Shown: positions 1-10,296 of the stretch, piece by piece
Layout of the letters: the number at the start of each line of letters is the position of its first letter
How positions within the stretch are numbered: position 1 is the first letter of the stretch
Notes under the pieces: model-generated
Seen by the model: only the letters and a program-made list of their open reading frames with translations
The model's database searches: none
Told to the model about the DNA's origin: nothing
Made by a program: the position numbers and the translations under genes
Origin: Bacteroidota bacterium
Lineage (GTDB): Bacteria > Bacteroidota > Bacteroidia > UBA7662
Assembly: GCA_005799065.1 (NCBI GenBank)
Contig: SYHW01000060.1
Location: 8,654-72,653, forward strand
Length of the DNA stretch: 64,000 bases
Direction: 5' to 3'

Positions 1-453
1 TCCTGAAAGAGAGGCCACTACCAGCACGCTATCATTGAGTCGGGTAAATTCCACACCTATGCCCTCGAAAGACCCTTCAAGGGGCTCGTTCGCGGCCTGA
101 AGATCTTCGGCGGGCAGGTAGGAGCTGAACGGATCGAGTTGTGCCAGCAGCGCATCGATAGCAGGCTTATGGAGGGTGTCGACGGAAACCGGATCCACAT
201 ACACTTGTTTGATGAGTGAAAGCACCTCTTGGATGGGGTTAGCCGCGCCCGATTCAGGCGTGGGCCCCAGTGGACCACCGCTGTGGAGGCGGTATCCGGC
301 CCACATACCGAGGAGGGTGGTGAGTCCGAACAACAGGGGCAAGCGCCAACTGCTGTTGTGGCGCAACGAACGGGCGTTGGTTCCCTCTACATGGGGTTCG
401 GAGGGTTCCGGGGGCGAGGATTGGGTTTCCAGAAAAAGAAATGATTGATTCAA
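1..453 (-). CDS. S41 family C-terminal processing peptidase (CtpA/Prc-like), N-terminal part, runs off window edge
   Basis: Not in the ORF track; manual translation gives ...WRLPLLFGLTTLLGMWAG (TM)...IKQVYVDPVSVDTL...LLAQLDPFSSYLP...EGSFEGIGVEF, the typical S41A N-terminus before the PDZ domain. Start (TTG 453) uncertain. Confidence 0.85.
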   Translation of the reverse strand, partial: MNQSFLFLETQSSPPEPSEPHVEGTNARSLRHNSSWRLPLLFGLTTLLGMWAGYRLHSGGPLGPTPESGAANPIQEVLSLIKQVYVDPVSVDTLHKPAIDALLAQLDPFSSYLPAEDLQAANEPLEGSFEGIGVEFTRLNDSVLVVASLSG

Positions 454-551
454 GAAAAAGCGTTTGCAAAAATGAGGTTATTTTGGTGAATCTAATGCAA
501 TGTTCCTCATTTTTGTGCCGACAAACGATAAGCTACCACAGCCCGATCAAA

Positions 552-1484
552 ATGCCCGATCATCCGAACCCTAAACCCCGGCGAACAGCGCCCCGAAAAT
601 CCACCTCGATTCAAGGAGGGGTGTCGACAGATGACATGGTAAGGCCCACCGAACAAGCATCGACCTACAGCCATTTTGATCGCCTTTCGACCCGCGCCAT
701 GCTGCGGATCATGAACCGAGAAGACCGCAGTGTGCCCCGGTCAGTGGGCCGGGCTCTGCCACAAGTCGAAAGGCTCGCGGAGGCCATATTTCAACAAATG
801 AGTGCGGGCGGACGGCTGTTTTACCTTGGTGCCGGCACCAGTGGGCGTTTGGGCATTGTTGATGCGAGCGAGTGCCCTCCCACCTTCGGGGTGGAAGCCG
901 GTCGGGTAGTTGGCCTCATAGCCGGAGGTGATGCCGCCATCCGCAAGGCGGTAGAATTTGCCGAAGACCAGGCCGATGGCGGATGGAAAGACCTTCATGC
1001 CCATCAGATTAGCGCGGGCGACATGGTGGTGGGCTTAGCCGCATCGGGCACCACGCCCTACGTAGTGGGGGCCTTGGCCGAGTGCCGCCGTCACAATATC
1101 CCCACCGGATGCATCACCTGCAACCAAAACACACCCCTAGAGGCGCAGGCCGACTACCCCGTGGTGGTTGTGGTGGGACCTGAAGTCATCAGCGGATCCA
1201 CACGCCTCAAAAGCGGTACCGCGCAGAAGCTCGTACTGAATATGCTCACCACCACCGTTATGGTGCGCCTGGGTTACGTGCGTGGCAACCGTATGGTGCA
1301 TATGCAGCTCAGCAACCACAAGCTCTGGGACCGCGGAATCCGAATGTTGCAGCAGGAATACCCCATTACGGAAGCAGAAGCGCGGCGTCTCCTCAAAATG
1401 CATGGTTCTGTTGATGCCGTCATGCGGCAGTTTGAGTCGCCCAGGTCGGAATCAACCTCTTCAGATCCCCATGCATCACATTGA
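552..1484 (+). CDS. murQ: N-acetylmuramic acid 6-phosphate etherase
   Basis: GAGTSGRLGIVDASECPPTFG, AASGTTPYV and GPEVISGSTRLKSGTAQKLVLNM motifs. Start 552 or 636. Confidence 0.95.
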   Translation: MPDHPNPKPRRTAPRKSTSIQGGVSTDDMVRPTEQASTYSHFDRLSTRAMLRIMNREDRSVPRSVGRALPQVERLAEAIFQQMSAGGRLFYLGAGTSGRLGIVDASECPPTFGVEAGRVVGLIAGGDAAIRKAVEFAEDQADGGWKDLHAHQISAGDMVVGLAASGTTPYVVGALAECRRHNIPTGCITCNQNTPLEAQADYPVVVVVGPEVISGSTRLKSGTAQKLVLNMLTTTVMVRLGYVRGNRMVHMQLSNHKLWDRGIRMLQQEYPITEAEARRLLKMHGSVDAVMRQFESPRSESTSSDPHASH

Positions 1485-2040
1485 GCCCTTTTTTCGCTGG
1501 GTCGACGAATACAGCGCCTGCGCAGATGAATATTCGCCCTTCTACGGGCGGGCCTATTCCGAATTCCAGTACACCCACAGCATCTACAACTACCTCATCC
1601 ATCCACAATGGGATGAATTTGGGTCGGAGACCTTATTTATCAAAATACTATATGTCGACTACCACGACGGCTTTGCGGTGCTTGAATTCATCGGTGAATG
1701 GAACGACGCGGTAAACAACGATGTCATGCAACTCAAATCAGAAGTATTGGAGGTGCTCCTGCGCAACGGGATCCAAAGGTTCCTGTTGTTGGGCGAGCAT
1801 GTACTTAACTTTCACCCGTCCGACGACTGCTACTATGAAGATTGGTTCCAGGATGTCGACGATGGATGGATTGTAGCCATCAACTTCCGCGACACCGTGC
1901 GCGAGGAATGGAGCCGCTGCGGCATCGATCAGTTCCTGCACTACGGGGGTGAACTCGATGATATGCCTTGGCAAAAATACCATCCCAGCGAACTGTTTCG
2001 TTATGTCGATGGTTTGGTCAGTCGTCGACTCAGCATCTAA
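1471..2040 (+). CDS. Conserved hypothetical protein (Bacteroidota type)
   Basis: MHHIEPFFRW...YNYLIHPQWDEFGSETLFIKILY...IGEWNDA; overlaps the murQ stop; aromatic/acidic globular composition. Confidence 0.8.
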   Translation: MHHIEPFFRWVDEYSACADEYSPFYGRAYSEFQYTHSIYNYLIHPQWDEFGSETLFIKILYVDYHDGFAVLEFIGEWNDAVNNDVMQLKSEVLEVLLRNGIQRFLLLGEHVLNFHPSDDCYYEDWFQDVDDGWIVAINFRDTVREEWSRCGIDQFLHYGGELDDMPWQKYHPSELFRYVDGLVSRRLSI

Positions 2041-2075
2041 TTGTGTAGGTTGATGCATGCCTGCTCAGGTAAATC

Positions 2076-2241
2076 GAGCAGCATAACGACCAAACACAGG
2101 AGCAGCAAAGCGATCACACACGAACAGTATAACGACCAAACACAGGAGCAGCATAACGACCAAACACAGGAGCAGCATAACGACCAAACACAGGAGCAGC
2201 ATAACGACCAAACACAGGAGCAGCAAAGCAACCAACCGCCC
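2076..2241. repeat. 24-bp tandem repeat GAGCAGCATAACGACCAAACACAG, 4 perfect and 3 degenerate units
   Basis: Perfect units at 2076, 2146, 2170 and 2194; variants at 2100, 2122 and 2218; no spacers. Confidence 0.95.
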
Positions 2242-2278
2242 GAGCATCAACCGAAACCCTTAAAACCCTCAACCCCCA

Positions 2279-4138
2279 TTGGCACGACCACAATTCAACA
2301 GCAACCAAAGTGTTGGCACCGACGACGCGCCTAAAGTACGCCTCAGCGGCGCAGCCTTGAGCCGATTCCTACAGCTGCTGCGGTATATGCGTCCCTACCG
2401 CAGGGCCTACTTCCTTGGATTGCTCATGCTGGTGCTTTCGAGCCTGTCATCGCTCTCCTTTCCTTGGCTCATGGGGCAACTGATCGACACTTCGCTCGGT
2501 CAACTGCCTTCCGACGGCGGAGGAATGTCTGGGGCAAGCAGAGGACCCAGAGTGTCTTGGGACCTCAATGGACTGGCCTGGGTGCTGGTGGGCGTCCTCA
2601 TTTTACAATCGATCTTTTCCTTTGCACGGGTTTACCTCTTCGTGCGCGTGGGCGAGTCGACCCTGGCCGACCTCAGGCGCGACACCTATGCGCATCTTTT
2701 GCGATTGCCTATGGAATTCTTCGGTTCGCGGCGGGTTGGTGAACTCAATTCGAGGCTCTCGGCCGATTTGTCGCTCATTCAAGATACCCTAACCACCACC
2801 ATGGCCGAACTGCTCCGACAAGCTGTTGTTTTGTTGGGCGGCCTCGCCCTATTGGCTTCAACCAGTGTCCGTTTGATGGGATTTATGCTCGCGATTCTCC
2901 CCGTTTTGGTGTTGCTGGCCGTGGTCTTTGGTCGCTGGATTCGAAAGGTGGCCCGTGCAGCACAAGATGAATTGGCCGATGCCCAAACCATTGTTGAAGA
3001 AACCCTGCAAGCCATTGGTAGTGTCAAAGCCTACGCCAATGAGGACTATGAAACCCATCGTTTCTCTGGCAAAATGCGTTCGGTGGTGAAACTAGCCCTC
3101 CGGGGAGCCCTATTCCGGGCGGCCTTCACCAGCTTTGTGATCCTTGGTTTGTTTGGGAGTATTGTAGCCGTCATCTGGTTTGGCGCCCTCATGGTGCGCG
3201 ACGGCAGCCTAAGTATTGGAAGCCTCACCAGCTTTGTTTTGTACAGTACCTTCGTGGGCGCCGCTTTAGGAGGATTTGCCGAGTTGTTTGCCCAATTGCA
3301 GCGCACACTGGGTGCCACCGAACGCGTGCTGGATCTTTTTTCCGAGCCCGCCGAGCCATCGGTTGGGGGAACGGCCGATGCTTCGCAAATCAAAGGACAC
3401 ATTGAGTTTCGGTCGGTCGACTTTCACTACGCGTCTCGGGCCGATGTGCCCGTATTGCGCCATGTGAATCTTTCCGTGGCCCCTGGTGAAACCCTGGCCT
3501 TGGTGGGCGCGAGTGGTGCCGGAAAGTCGACCATTGTTCAGCTGCTCCTCGGTTTCTATTCGCCTGTGGGCGGCACCGTGCAAGTCGATGGGGTAGAACC
3601 CCGTCATTATGGCTGGTCGACCTACCGCCGGAAGTTGGCGGTAGTGCCCCAGGATATCGTTTTATTCGGCGGTACCATTCGAGAGAACATTGCCTACGGT
3701 AGGCCTGGAGCCAGCGATGAGGAGGTCCGTGATGCAGCCATTAGGGCCCACGCCTGGGAATTTATTGAGCAGTTTCCCCAGCAGTTCGATACGGTGGTGG
3801 GTGAACGTGGCGTACGCTTGAGTGGCGGACAAAGACAGCGCATTGCTATAGCCCGCGCCATTTTGCGCGATCCCGTGATTCTCATCCTCGATGAGGCCAC
3901 AAGTTCACTCGACAGTGCATCCGAACGGCTTGTGCAGGCCGGCTTAGAGGAGTTGATGCTTGGAAGAACCTCAGTGGTGGTGGCGCATCGGCTCAGTACG
4001 ATCCGTGGGGCGCATCGCATCGCCGTATTGCAGCAGGGAACTGTAGCGGAATACGGCACACACGACGAGCTGATGGAGTCCGACGGTTTGTATGCAGATA
4101 TGTACCGACTCCAGATGAGTGGCCGCCTATTGGAATAG
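2279..4138 (+). CDS. ABC exporter, fused permease/ATP-binding (MsbA/MdlB-like)
   Basis: N-terminal TM domain; Walker A GASGAGKS, signature LSGGQRQR, Walker B ILILDEATS, H-loop AHRLST. Confidence 0.93.
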   Translation: MARPQFNSNQSVGTDDAPKVRLSGAALSRFLQLLRYMRPYRRAYFLGLLMLVLSSLSSLSFPWLMGQLIDTSLGQLPSDGGGMSGASRGPRVSWDLNGLAWVLVGVLILQSIFSFARVYLFVRVGESTLADLRRDTYAHLLRLPMEFFGSRRVGELNSRLSADLSLIQDTLTTTMAELLRQAVVLLGGLALLASTSVRLMGFMLAILPVLVLLAVVFGRWIRKVARAAQDELADAQTIVEETLQAIGSVKAYANEDYETHRFSGKMRSVVKLALRGALFRAAFTSFVILGLFGSIVAVIWFGALMVRDGSLSIGSLTSFVLYSTFVGAALGGFAELFAQLQRTLGATERVLDLFSEPAEPSVGGTADASQIKGHIEFRSVDFHYASRADVPVLRHVNLSVAPGETLALVGASGAGKSTIVQLLLGFYSPVGGTVQVDGVEPRHYGWSTYRRKLAVVPQDIVLFGGTIRENIAYGRPGASDEEVRDAAIRAHAWEFIEQFPQQFDTVVGERGVRLSGGQRQRIAIARAILRDPVILILDEATSSLDSASERLVQAGLEELMLGRTSVVVAHRLSTIRGAHRIAVLQQGTVAEYGTHDELMESDGLYADMYRLQMSGRLLE

Positions 4139-4222
4139 GAGGTTTCCCACAATCATTCTATTGTGCAAAATTTTTACCCTTTTCTTTTGTTCGCCCCTCT
4201 ACCTTTTTTGTCGCTTATCTTC

Positions 4223-4230
4223 TATTTTTG
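4223..4230 (+). promoter_or_regulatory. Bacteroidota -7 promoter element for the act operon
   Basis: TATTTTTG matches TAnnTTTG, about 40 nt before the actA ATG. Confidence 0.55.
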
Positions 4231-4271
4231 CCCCGTCTAATACCGCGTGGTGCGGTAGAAACGTACAGCGA

Positions 4272-5180
4272 ATGAGAGCAATATTCCATTTTCAAAAATC
4301 GGTTGTCTTATGGAGCGGGGCGTTGAGCGTGGGGCTGAATCCGTTGATTTCTGTTACCGCTTTGGCCCAGGATGCCGCAGCAGCGCCAGCAGATTCGGGT
4401 TTTGGTTTGTCTCAGCTCATCTGGATCCTCATTTTTATCGCCGCTGCTGTGGCTTGGCTGCTTGTACGCAGCAGCCGCATGCTGGATGAAGAATATCAGG
4501 AGCGAGTCGATTCAGGTAAAGCCGATCCCGAAAAACTCAAAGATGTCGGCATCAAATTCAAGCCCCGTGCTGTACACGTGGTTGGGGCTTTGCTCACCCT
4601 GTTTCTGATAGGTGGCATCGGTTGGGGCATTGATGTGGCCTCGCACGTGGGTATACAGCAGGGCTATCAGCCTGCTCAACCTGTGGCCTTTAGCCATGAA
4701 TTGCACGCAGGTGCGCATCAAATCGCGTGCAGTTATTGCCATACGGGTGTGGAACGCGGTAAAAGTGCCACCATCCCTTCGGTGAACATCTGCATGAATT
4801 GCCACAACCAAATCAAAAAAGACGCCCCAGAAATCAAGAAGATTCATGCGGCCTGGGAACAAAACCGTCCGATTGAATGGATTAGAATCCACAATCTGCC
4901 TGATTTCGCTTATTTCAACCATTACCAGCACTATAAAATTGCGGGCATCGAATGCCAGACCTGTCATGGACCGATCGAGAAGATGCCCGAGGTGTATCAG
5001 CATTCTCAGCTGACCATGGGTTGGTGTATTAACTGTCACCGCGAAACCAAGGTCGATCTCGACAATGGTTATTACCAAGCCGTACACGGAGACAAGCCCG
5101 CCTTTCAGGCCGCTTTGAAAGAAAAAGGGCTCACCATCGCCAATTTGGGTGGTTTAGAGTGCTCTAAGTGTCACTATTGA
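4272..5180 (+). CDS. actA: Alternative complex III subunit A, pentaheme cytochrome c
   Basis: Five CxxCH motifs (CSYCH, CMNCH, CQTCH, CINCH, CSKCH), QPVAFSHELHAG; signal peptide plus two TM helices; first gene of the act operon. Confidence 0.92.
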   Translation: MRAIFHFQKSVVLWSGALSVGLNPLISVTALAQDAAAAPADSGFGLSQLIWILIFIAAAVAWLLVRSSRMLDEEYQERVDSGKADPEKLKDVGIKFKPRAVHVVGALLTLFLIGGIGWGIDVASHVGIQQGYQPAQPVAFSHELHAGAHQIACSYCHTGVERGKSATIPSVNICMNCHNQIKKDAPEIKKIHAAWEQNRPIEWIRIHNLPDFAYFNHYQHYKIAGIECQTCHGPIEKMPEVYQHSQLTMGWCINCHRETKVDLDNGYYQAVHGDKPAFQAALKEKGLTIANLGGLECSKCHY

Positions 5181-5230
5181 TGTCTCGTTTGAAAATTCAT
5201 TGAACCGAAGGTTACCGCTGATCAACTGTT

Positions 5231-8200
5231 ATGGATAAAACACAACCCAAGTACTGGAGGAGCTTAGCCGAATGGCAGCAGGAAGAATCGTTCCGTGATG
5301 AAGCTTCCCGCGAATTCAAAGAAGAATTGCCCCTCGAGGAAATTCTCGGATCGGGCAGTTTGTCTCTTTCCTCCAACCGCCGCGATTTTTTGAAGTTTTT
5401 CGGTTTCGGTATGGGAGCCGCTACATTGGCCGCCTGTACCAAGGCTCCGGTGAAAAAGGCCATTCCTTTCGTGAATCATCCCGAGGAGATGTCTCCGTCA
5501 TTGGCTACTTGGTATGCAACAACCTATTATGATGGCTACGATTACGCGAGCGTACTGGTGAAAACCCGCGAAGGGCGCCCCATCAAAATGGAGGGCAATG
5601 CCCTTTCGCCTATTTCGCAAGGTGGTGTAAATGCCCGGGTACATGCCTCTGTTTTGTCGCTCTACGATACCACGCGCTATAAAAGCCCGCGTTCGGGTAC
5701 CCAATCGATCTCCTGGTCGGAATTCGACCAGAAGTTTAGTGCCCAAATGGACGCCGCTGCGGGTCGCCCCGTTGTTATGCTCACCAACAGTGTGGTGAGT
5801 CCTACTACCCGTCGCCTGATGACCCAGGCAATGGCCAAGTACCCCAATCTTCGCTGGGTATCTTATGACTCCATTTCCGCTTCAGGCATGCTCGACGCCA
5901 ATGAGGTCGATTTCGGTCAGGCCGCTTTACCGTCTTATCGTTTTGCTCAGGCACGTGTGGTATTGGGCATCGATGCCGACTTTTTAGGCAACTGGTTGAT
6001 GCCCGTCGCCTACACACGCGATTACACCCAAAACCGCAAAATCAATCCCGATAAACCGGAGATGTCTCGACACATTCAGTTCGAATCACGATTGAGTGTC
6101 ACGGGATCCAACGCCGATGTGCGCGCAACCTACCGCGCATCCCAAGAAGCCCTTGTGGTGGCCAACCTCTACAATGCAGTAGCAAAATTGGCCGGACAAA
6201 GCCTGTTATCGGTTCCAGCCCTGGAACTTGCGGGCAACTCAATCACACAATCGGCCGCTGCTTTGTGGAAGGCAAAGGGCCAGGCTTTGGTGGTTTGTGG
6301 ATCCAATGACCCTAAAGTGCAACGCATGGTCAACGGCATCAATCAAATGTTGGGTTCTTATGGCAGTACCATTGATTGGTCTTCCCCTATGTCAATCCGA
6401 CAGGGCCGCGACAAAGATATGGAGCAACTGATGGCTGATTTGAAGTCCGGTGCTGTGGCTGGTTTAATTGTTTGTGGTGCCAACCCCGTTTATGATCATC
6501 CGAAAGGTAATGAGTGGGTTGAATTGATTAAAAAAGCCACAGTGAGTGTGGCTTTCGCAACCCAGCCCGACGAAACGGCTGTATGTGCCCGCCTGATTGG
6601 AGCTTGCAGCCACTTCCTGGAGAGTTGGGGAGACGCTGAGCCAGTTGCCGGTCAATACAGCCTCCAGCAACCGGCCATTTCTCGCCTCTACGACACCCGT
6701 TCCCTGAATGAGTGGTTGCTCCAAATGTGTGGATCATCAGAATCGGCCTACGACGCATTGAAATCGACTTGGAACGGACTCGCTTCCGCTTCAGGTGCCG
6801 CCGATGCCGGCGCATTCTGGCGTACTGCCCTACACAATGGGGTGTACAGCGTTCAGGCTAATCCTGTTTCTTCAGTAGCCTACAAAGGCTTTGATGCTTC
6901 AGTAGCCTTAGGAATCACAGCGGGCAAGGCCGACGGTTTGGATTTGGTGTTGTACGAAAAATTGAGTTTGGGTAATGGTGCGCACGCAAGCAACCCATGG
7001 CTGCAGGAAATGCCCGATCCCATTTCTAAAGCTTGTTGGGACAACTACCTGGCAGTGAACGTGAAAACCGCTCGTGAGAATAACTGGAAAGATGGCGATA
7101 TGGTGAAGGTGAAAGCCGGATCCGTGGAAGTTGAGGTTCCTGTATTGGTTCAGCCAGGTATGCATCCCCGGACGGTGGCCCTGGCTGTTGGCTATGGCCG
7201 AACGGAGGTGGGTGTGGCCGGAAAAGGGATCGGTGTGAATGCCTTCGCATTGGTGCAGGCGGGTAGTCATCGCTCTTCGATTGTTTCGGGGGTGCAGGTT
7301 TCCGCAACCGGTCAAACCACTGAGCTCGCCCAGACCCAAACACATCACACCATCGAGGGGCGGAATATTGTTAAGGAAACCCACCTTGACCGATATGTGG
7401 CCGACCATTCCGACGGCAATGTTCGTCCGTACGTCACCCGCAAGAAAGCCGACGGAACCTATGAAAAGGTCTACCCCGGAAAGAGCCGCAATGCCATCAC
7501 CCTTTGGCAGGACCGCGACTACGAAGGTCACCATTGGGCCATGGCGGTAGATTTGAATGCCTGTACGGGTTGTGGCGCCTGTGTGGTGAGTTGCCAAGTC
7601 GAAAACAATGTGCCGGTCGTGGGCAAGCAAGAAGTCATCAACCGAAGAGAGATGCACTGGATCCGAATCGACCGCTACTACGCGTTTGTTGAAGATGGCG
7701 AGCGGATCGATAAAGAAAACGACTACGAGCGCATCGGAACAGGCGATCAAGTAGATGTGGTGTTTCAGCCTGTTATGTGTATGCAGTGCGACAATGCGCC
7801 CTGCGAAACCGTTTGTCCGGTCTTGGCCACTGTGCACTCAGACGAGGGCCTCAATCAAATGGTCTACAACCGTTGTGTGGGTACGCGCTACTGCGCCAAC
7901 AATTGTCCCTACAAAGTACGCCGGTTCAACTGGTTCAGCTACATCGACAACCCAAAGTTCAATACCAACCCTTCACAAACCGACCTCGGTCGAATGGTGC
8001 TGAACCCCGATGTCACCGTTCGGGCACGGGGTGTCATGGAGAAATGTACCTTCTGCGTACAACGCATCCAGGCAGGAAAGCTCGACGCCAAGCGTGAGGG
8101 GCGTGGAGTGAATGACGGTGAGGTCAAGACAGCCTGTCAGCAGTCTTGCCCGGCCGGTGCCATTGTGTTCGGTGATCTCAACGACCCCGAGAGTGAAGTA

Positions 8201-8311
8201 TCGCGCTTATTCTTGAATGAGCGTTCCTATGGCGTAATTGAAGAACTCAATGTTCTCCCCTCGGTCAACTACCTCACGAAAGTCAGAAACCGCGATACCG
8301 CAAAAGCTTAG
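5231..8311 (+). CDS. actB: Alternative complex III subunit B (molybdopterin-oxidoreductase-like fold plus Fe-S domain)
   Basis: YWRSL start, Tat motif SNRRDFLK, lipobox LAAC; Fe-S motifs CTGCGACVVSC, CMQCDNAPCETVC, CVGTRYCANNC, CTFC...CQQSC. Confidence 0.93.
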   Translation: MDKTQPKYWRSLAEWQQEESFRDEASREFKEELPLEEILGSGSLSLSSNRRDFLKFFGFGMGAATLAACTKAPVKKAIPFVNHPEEMSPSLATWYATTYYDGYDYASVLVKTREGRPIKMEGNALSPISQGGVNARVHASVLSLYDTTRYKSPRSGTQSISWSEFDQKFSAQMDAAAGRPVVMLTNSVVSPTTRRLMTQAMAKYPNLRWVSYDSISASGMLDANEVDFGQAALPSYRFAQARVVLGIDADFLGNWLMPVAYTRDYTQNRKINPDKPEMSRHIQFESRLSVTGSNADVRATYRASQEALVVANLYNAVAKLAGQSLLSVPALELAGNSITQSAAALWKAKGQALVVCGSNDPKVQRMVNGINQMLGSYGSTIDWSSPMSIRQGRDKDMEQLMADLKSGAVAGLIVCGANPVYDHPKGNEWVELIKKATVSVAFATQPDETAVCARLIGACSHFLESWGDAEPVAGQYSLQQPAISRLYDTRSLNEWLLQMCGSSESAYDALKSTWNGLASASGAADAGAFWRTALHNGVYSVQANPVSSVAYKGFDASVALGITAGKADGLDLVLYEKLSLGNGAHASNPWLQEMPDPISKACWDNYLAVNVKTARENNWKDGDMVKVKAGSVEVEVPVLVQPGMHPRTVALAVGYGRTEVGVAGKGIGVNAFALVQAGSHRSSIVSGVQVSATGQTTELAQTQTHHTIEGRNIVKETHLDRYVADHSDGNVRPYVTRKKADGTYEKVYPGKSRNAITLWQDRDYEGHHWAMAVDLNACTGCGACVVSCQVENNVPVVGKQEVINRREMHWIRIDRYYAFVEDGERIDKENDYERIGTGDQVDVVFQPVMCMQCDNAPCETVCPVLATVHSDEGLNQMVYNRCVGTRYCANNCPYKVRRFNWFSYIDNPKFNTNPSQTDLGRMVLNPDVTVRARGVMEKCTFCVQRIQAGKLDAKREGRGVNDGEVKTACQQSCPAGAIVFGDLNDPESEVSRLFLNERSYGVIEELNVLPSVNYLTKVRNRDTAKA

Positions 8312-8345
8312 TGTTTAATATTATTGTAACAAACGATACGATAAG

Positions 8346-9785
8346 ATGTACGAATCCCCCATCAGGCGACCGCTGATCACCGGCGAGACCAGCTACGCCA
8401 AAATCACCGAAGACATTGCCCAGACCGTCGAGGGCAAGCCCACCAAGTGGTGGTACCTAGGATTTATAGTTTCGGTCGCTGCCCTTGGCTTGTGGTTTCT
8501 TACCGTAGGATATCTGCTCTTTACTGGGGTAGGGGTGTGGGGCCTCAACAAAACAGTCGACTGGGGTTGGGACATCACCAACTTCGTTTGGTGGGTGGGT
8601 ATCGGTCACGCCGGCACCCTGATTTCCGCCATTTTGTTGCTTTTTCGTCAAAAGTGGCGGACGGCGGTGAATCGATCAGCGGAGGCCATGACCATTTTTG
8701 CAGTCATTTGTGCGGGTAGTTATCCGCTGCTCCACGCCGGTCGCCCTTGGGTGATTTATTGGGTATTTCCCTTGCCCAATACATATGGGTCTCTTTGGGC
8801 CAACTTTAACTCTCCCTTATTGTGGGACGTATTCGCGATTTCGACCTATCTCACCGTATCTGTGGTGTTCTGGTATGTGGGTCTTATTCCTGATTTGGCA
8901 ACCATCCGCGACCGAGCCACCGGTCTTCGGCGCAAGATCTATGGTTTCTTCAGTTTTGGATGGAATGGATCGGCCAAGGCGTGGCAGCGATTTGAAAGTG
9001 TATCCCTCATCCTCGCAGGTTTGGCCACTCCACTCGTTCTTTCCGTGCATACCATCGTATCGATGGACTTCGCTACTTCGGTGATTCCGGGATGGCACAC
9101 CACCATTTTCCCACCCTACTTTGTGGCGGGTGCCGTTTTTAGCGGCTTTGCCATGGTGCTTACCCTCCTCATCATCATGCGTAAGGCCATGCGCCTCGAA
9201 CAATACATCACCATCAACCACATCGATGTGATGAACAAGATCATACTGGTTACGGGTTCTATTGTCGGTTCGGCCTACATCACCGAGTTTTTTATTGCCT
9301 GGTACAGCGCCGTTCCCTACGAACGTTATGCATTCATCAACCGCGCATTCGGTCCTTACTGGTGGGCATATTGGGCTATGATGACGTGTAATGTCATTAC
9401 ACCCCAGTTGTTTTGGTCCCAGAAACTGCGCCGCAACATTACGGCGGTGTTCATCATCTCTATTTTCGTGAACATTGGTATGTGGTTTGAGCGATTTGTG
9501 ATCATCGTAACCTCTCTGCACCGCGACTACCTTCCTTCGAGTTGGGCCATGTATTCACCATCCTGGGTAGAAATTGGCATGTTCATTGGTTCGCAGGGCC
9601 TGTTCTTCACCCTCTTTTTCTTGTTCGCGAAGTTTGTGCCGGTTATAGCCATCGCTGAGGTCAAATCGGTAGCCAAGAGTTCCGCATCACAGTACATTAA
9701 AAAGACGGCTGATCAGGAAGGCGTCGATCTCAAAGAGTTGAATCCACAGGTTGTTGTACCCCAATTAATCGATCAGTATGAGTAA
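8346..9785 (+). CDS. actC: Alternative complex III subunit C (NrfD/PsrC family quinol-binding membrane subunit)
   Basis: [37 protein letters not shown] and GMWFERF motifs; polytopic membrane protein. Confidence 0.93.
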   Translation: MYESPIRRPLITGETSYAKITEDIAQTVEGKPTKWWYLGFIVSVAALGLWFLTVGYLLFTGVGVWGLNKTVDWGWDITNFVWWVGIGHAGTLISAILLLFRQKWRTAVNRSAEAMTIFAVICAGSYPLLHAGRPWVIYWVFPLPNTYGSLWANFNSPLLWDVFAISTYLTVSVVFWYVGLIPDLATIRDRATGLRRKIYGFFSFGWNGSAKAWQRFESVSLILAGLATPLVLSVHTIVSMDFATSVIPGWHTTIFPPYFVAGAVFSGFAMVLTLLIIMRKAMRLEQYITINHIDVMNKIILVTGSIVGSAYITEFFIAWYSAVPYERYAFINRAFGPYWWAYWAMMTCNVITPQLFWSQKLRRNITAVFIISIFVNIGMWFERFVIIVTSLHRDYLPSSWAMYSPSWVEIGMFIGSQGLFFTLFFLFAKFVPVIAIAEVKSVAKSSASQYIKKTADQEGVDLKELNPQVVVPQLIDQYE

Positions 9786-10296
9786 ACATTATATTATTGG
9801 CGTATTTGGCGATGAGGAACCGCTGCTTGAGGCGGTAAAAGAAGTTCGTGCCAGCGGAACACGCATCCACGAAGTCTATACCCCTTTCCCGGTGCATGGA
9901 CTGGATGAGTTGCTGGGCTACAAACGCAGCCGTTTACCCAAGGCGGCCTTTCTGTTTGGATGCTTAGGGTTTACATTGGCGATTACCATGCAGACTTGGA
10001 TGCTGGGTATCGATTGGCCCATGAATATCGGCGGTAAACCGGCTTTGGCATGGCCCGATTTTGTTCCCGTTTCCTTCGAACTTACCGTCCTCATCACCGC
10101 TCTGGGCATGGTGGGTACTTACCTGGTGGCATGTGATTTTATCCCTGGTAATGAGGCCAAAATGCCTGATCTACGGGTCACCAGTGATAAATTTTGTATG
10201 GCTATTGAGCGCGATGGCACCAACGCGGCAGCAGTAACTTCATTGCTCAACAAATTGGGTGCAGAGGAAGTACACGAAAAAGAACTCGAATTATGA
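9778..10296 (+). CDS. actD: Alternative complex III subunit D (DUF3341)
   Basis: [10 protein letters not shown] and [10 protein letters not shown] motifs, two TM helices, operon position. Confidence 0.9.
   Translation: MSKHYIIGVFGDEEPLLEAVKEVRASGTRIHEVYTPFPVHGLDELLGYKRSRLPKAAFLFGCLGFTLAITMQTWMLGIDWPMNIGGKPALAWPDFVPVSFELTVLITALGMVGTYLVACDFIPGNEAKMPDLRVTSDKFCMAIERDGTNAAAVTSLLNKLGAEEVHEKELEL

Noticed and set aside
2076..2241. CRISPR array
   Set aside because: Units are contiguous with no unique spacers, and there are no cas genes.
2037..2334. ORFs with repeated peptides (QEQHNDQT, CCSCVWSL, MLLLCLVV)
   Set aside because: Open frames are a by-product of a stop-free 24-bp unit; no independent coding evidence.
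5231..8311. Catalytic molybdoenzyme for anaerobic respiration
   Set aside because: Operon context identifies ActB, whose molybdopterin-like domain is known to lack the cofactor.
6908..9521. Long antisense ORFs (309 aa and 234 aa; similarly 21804-22517)
   Set aside because: Shadow frames of well-supported genes with no recognisable motifs.
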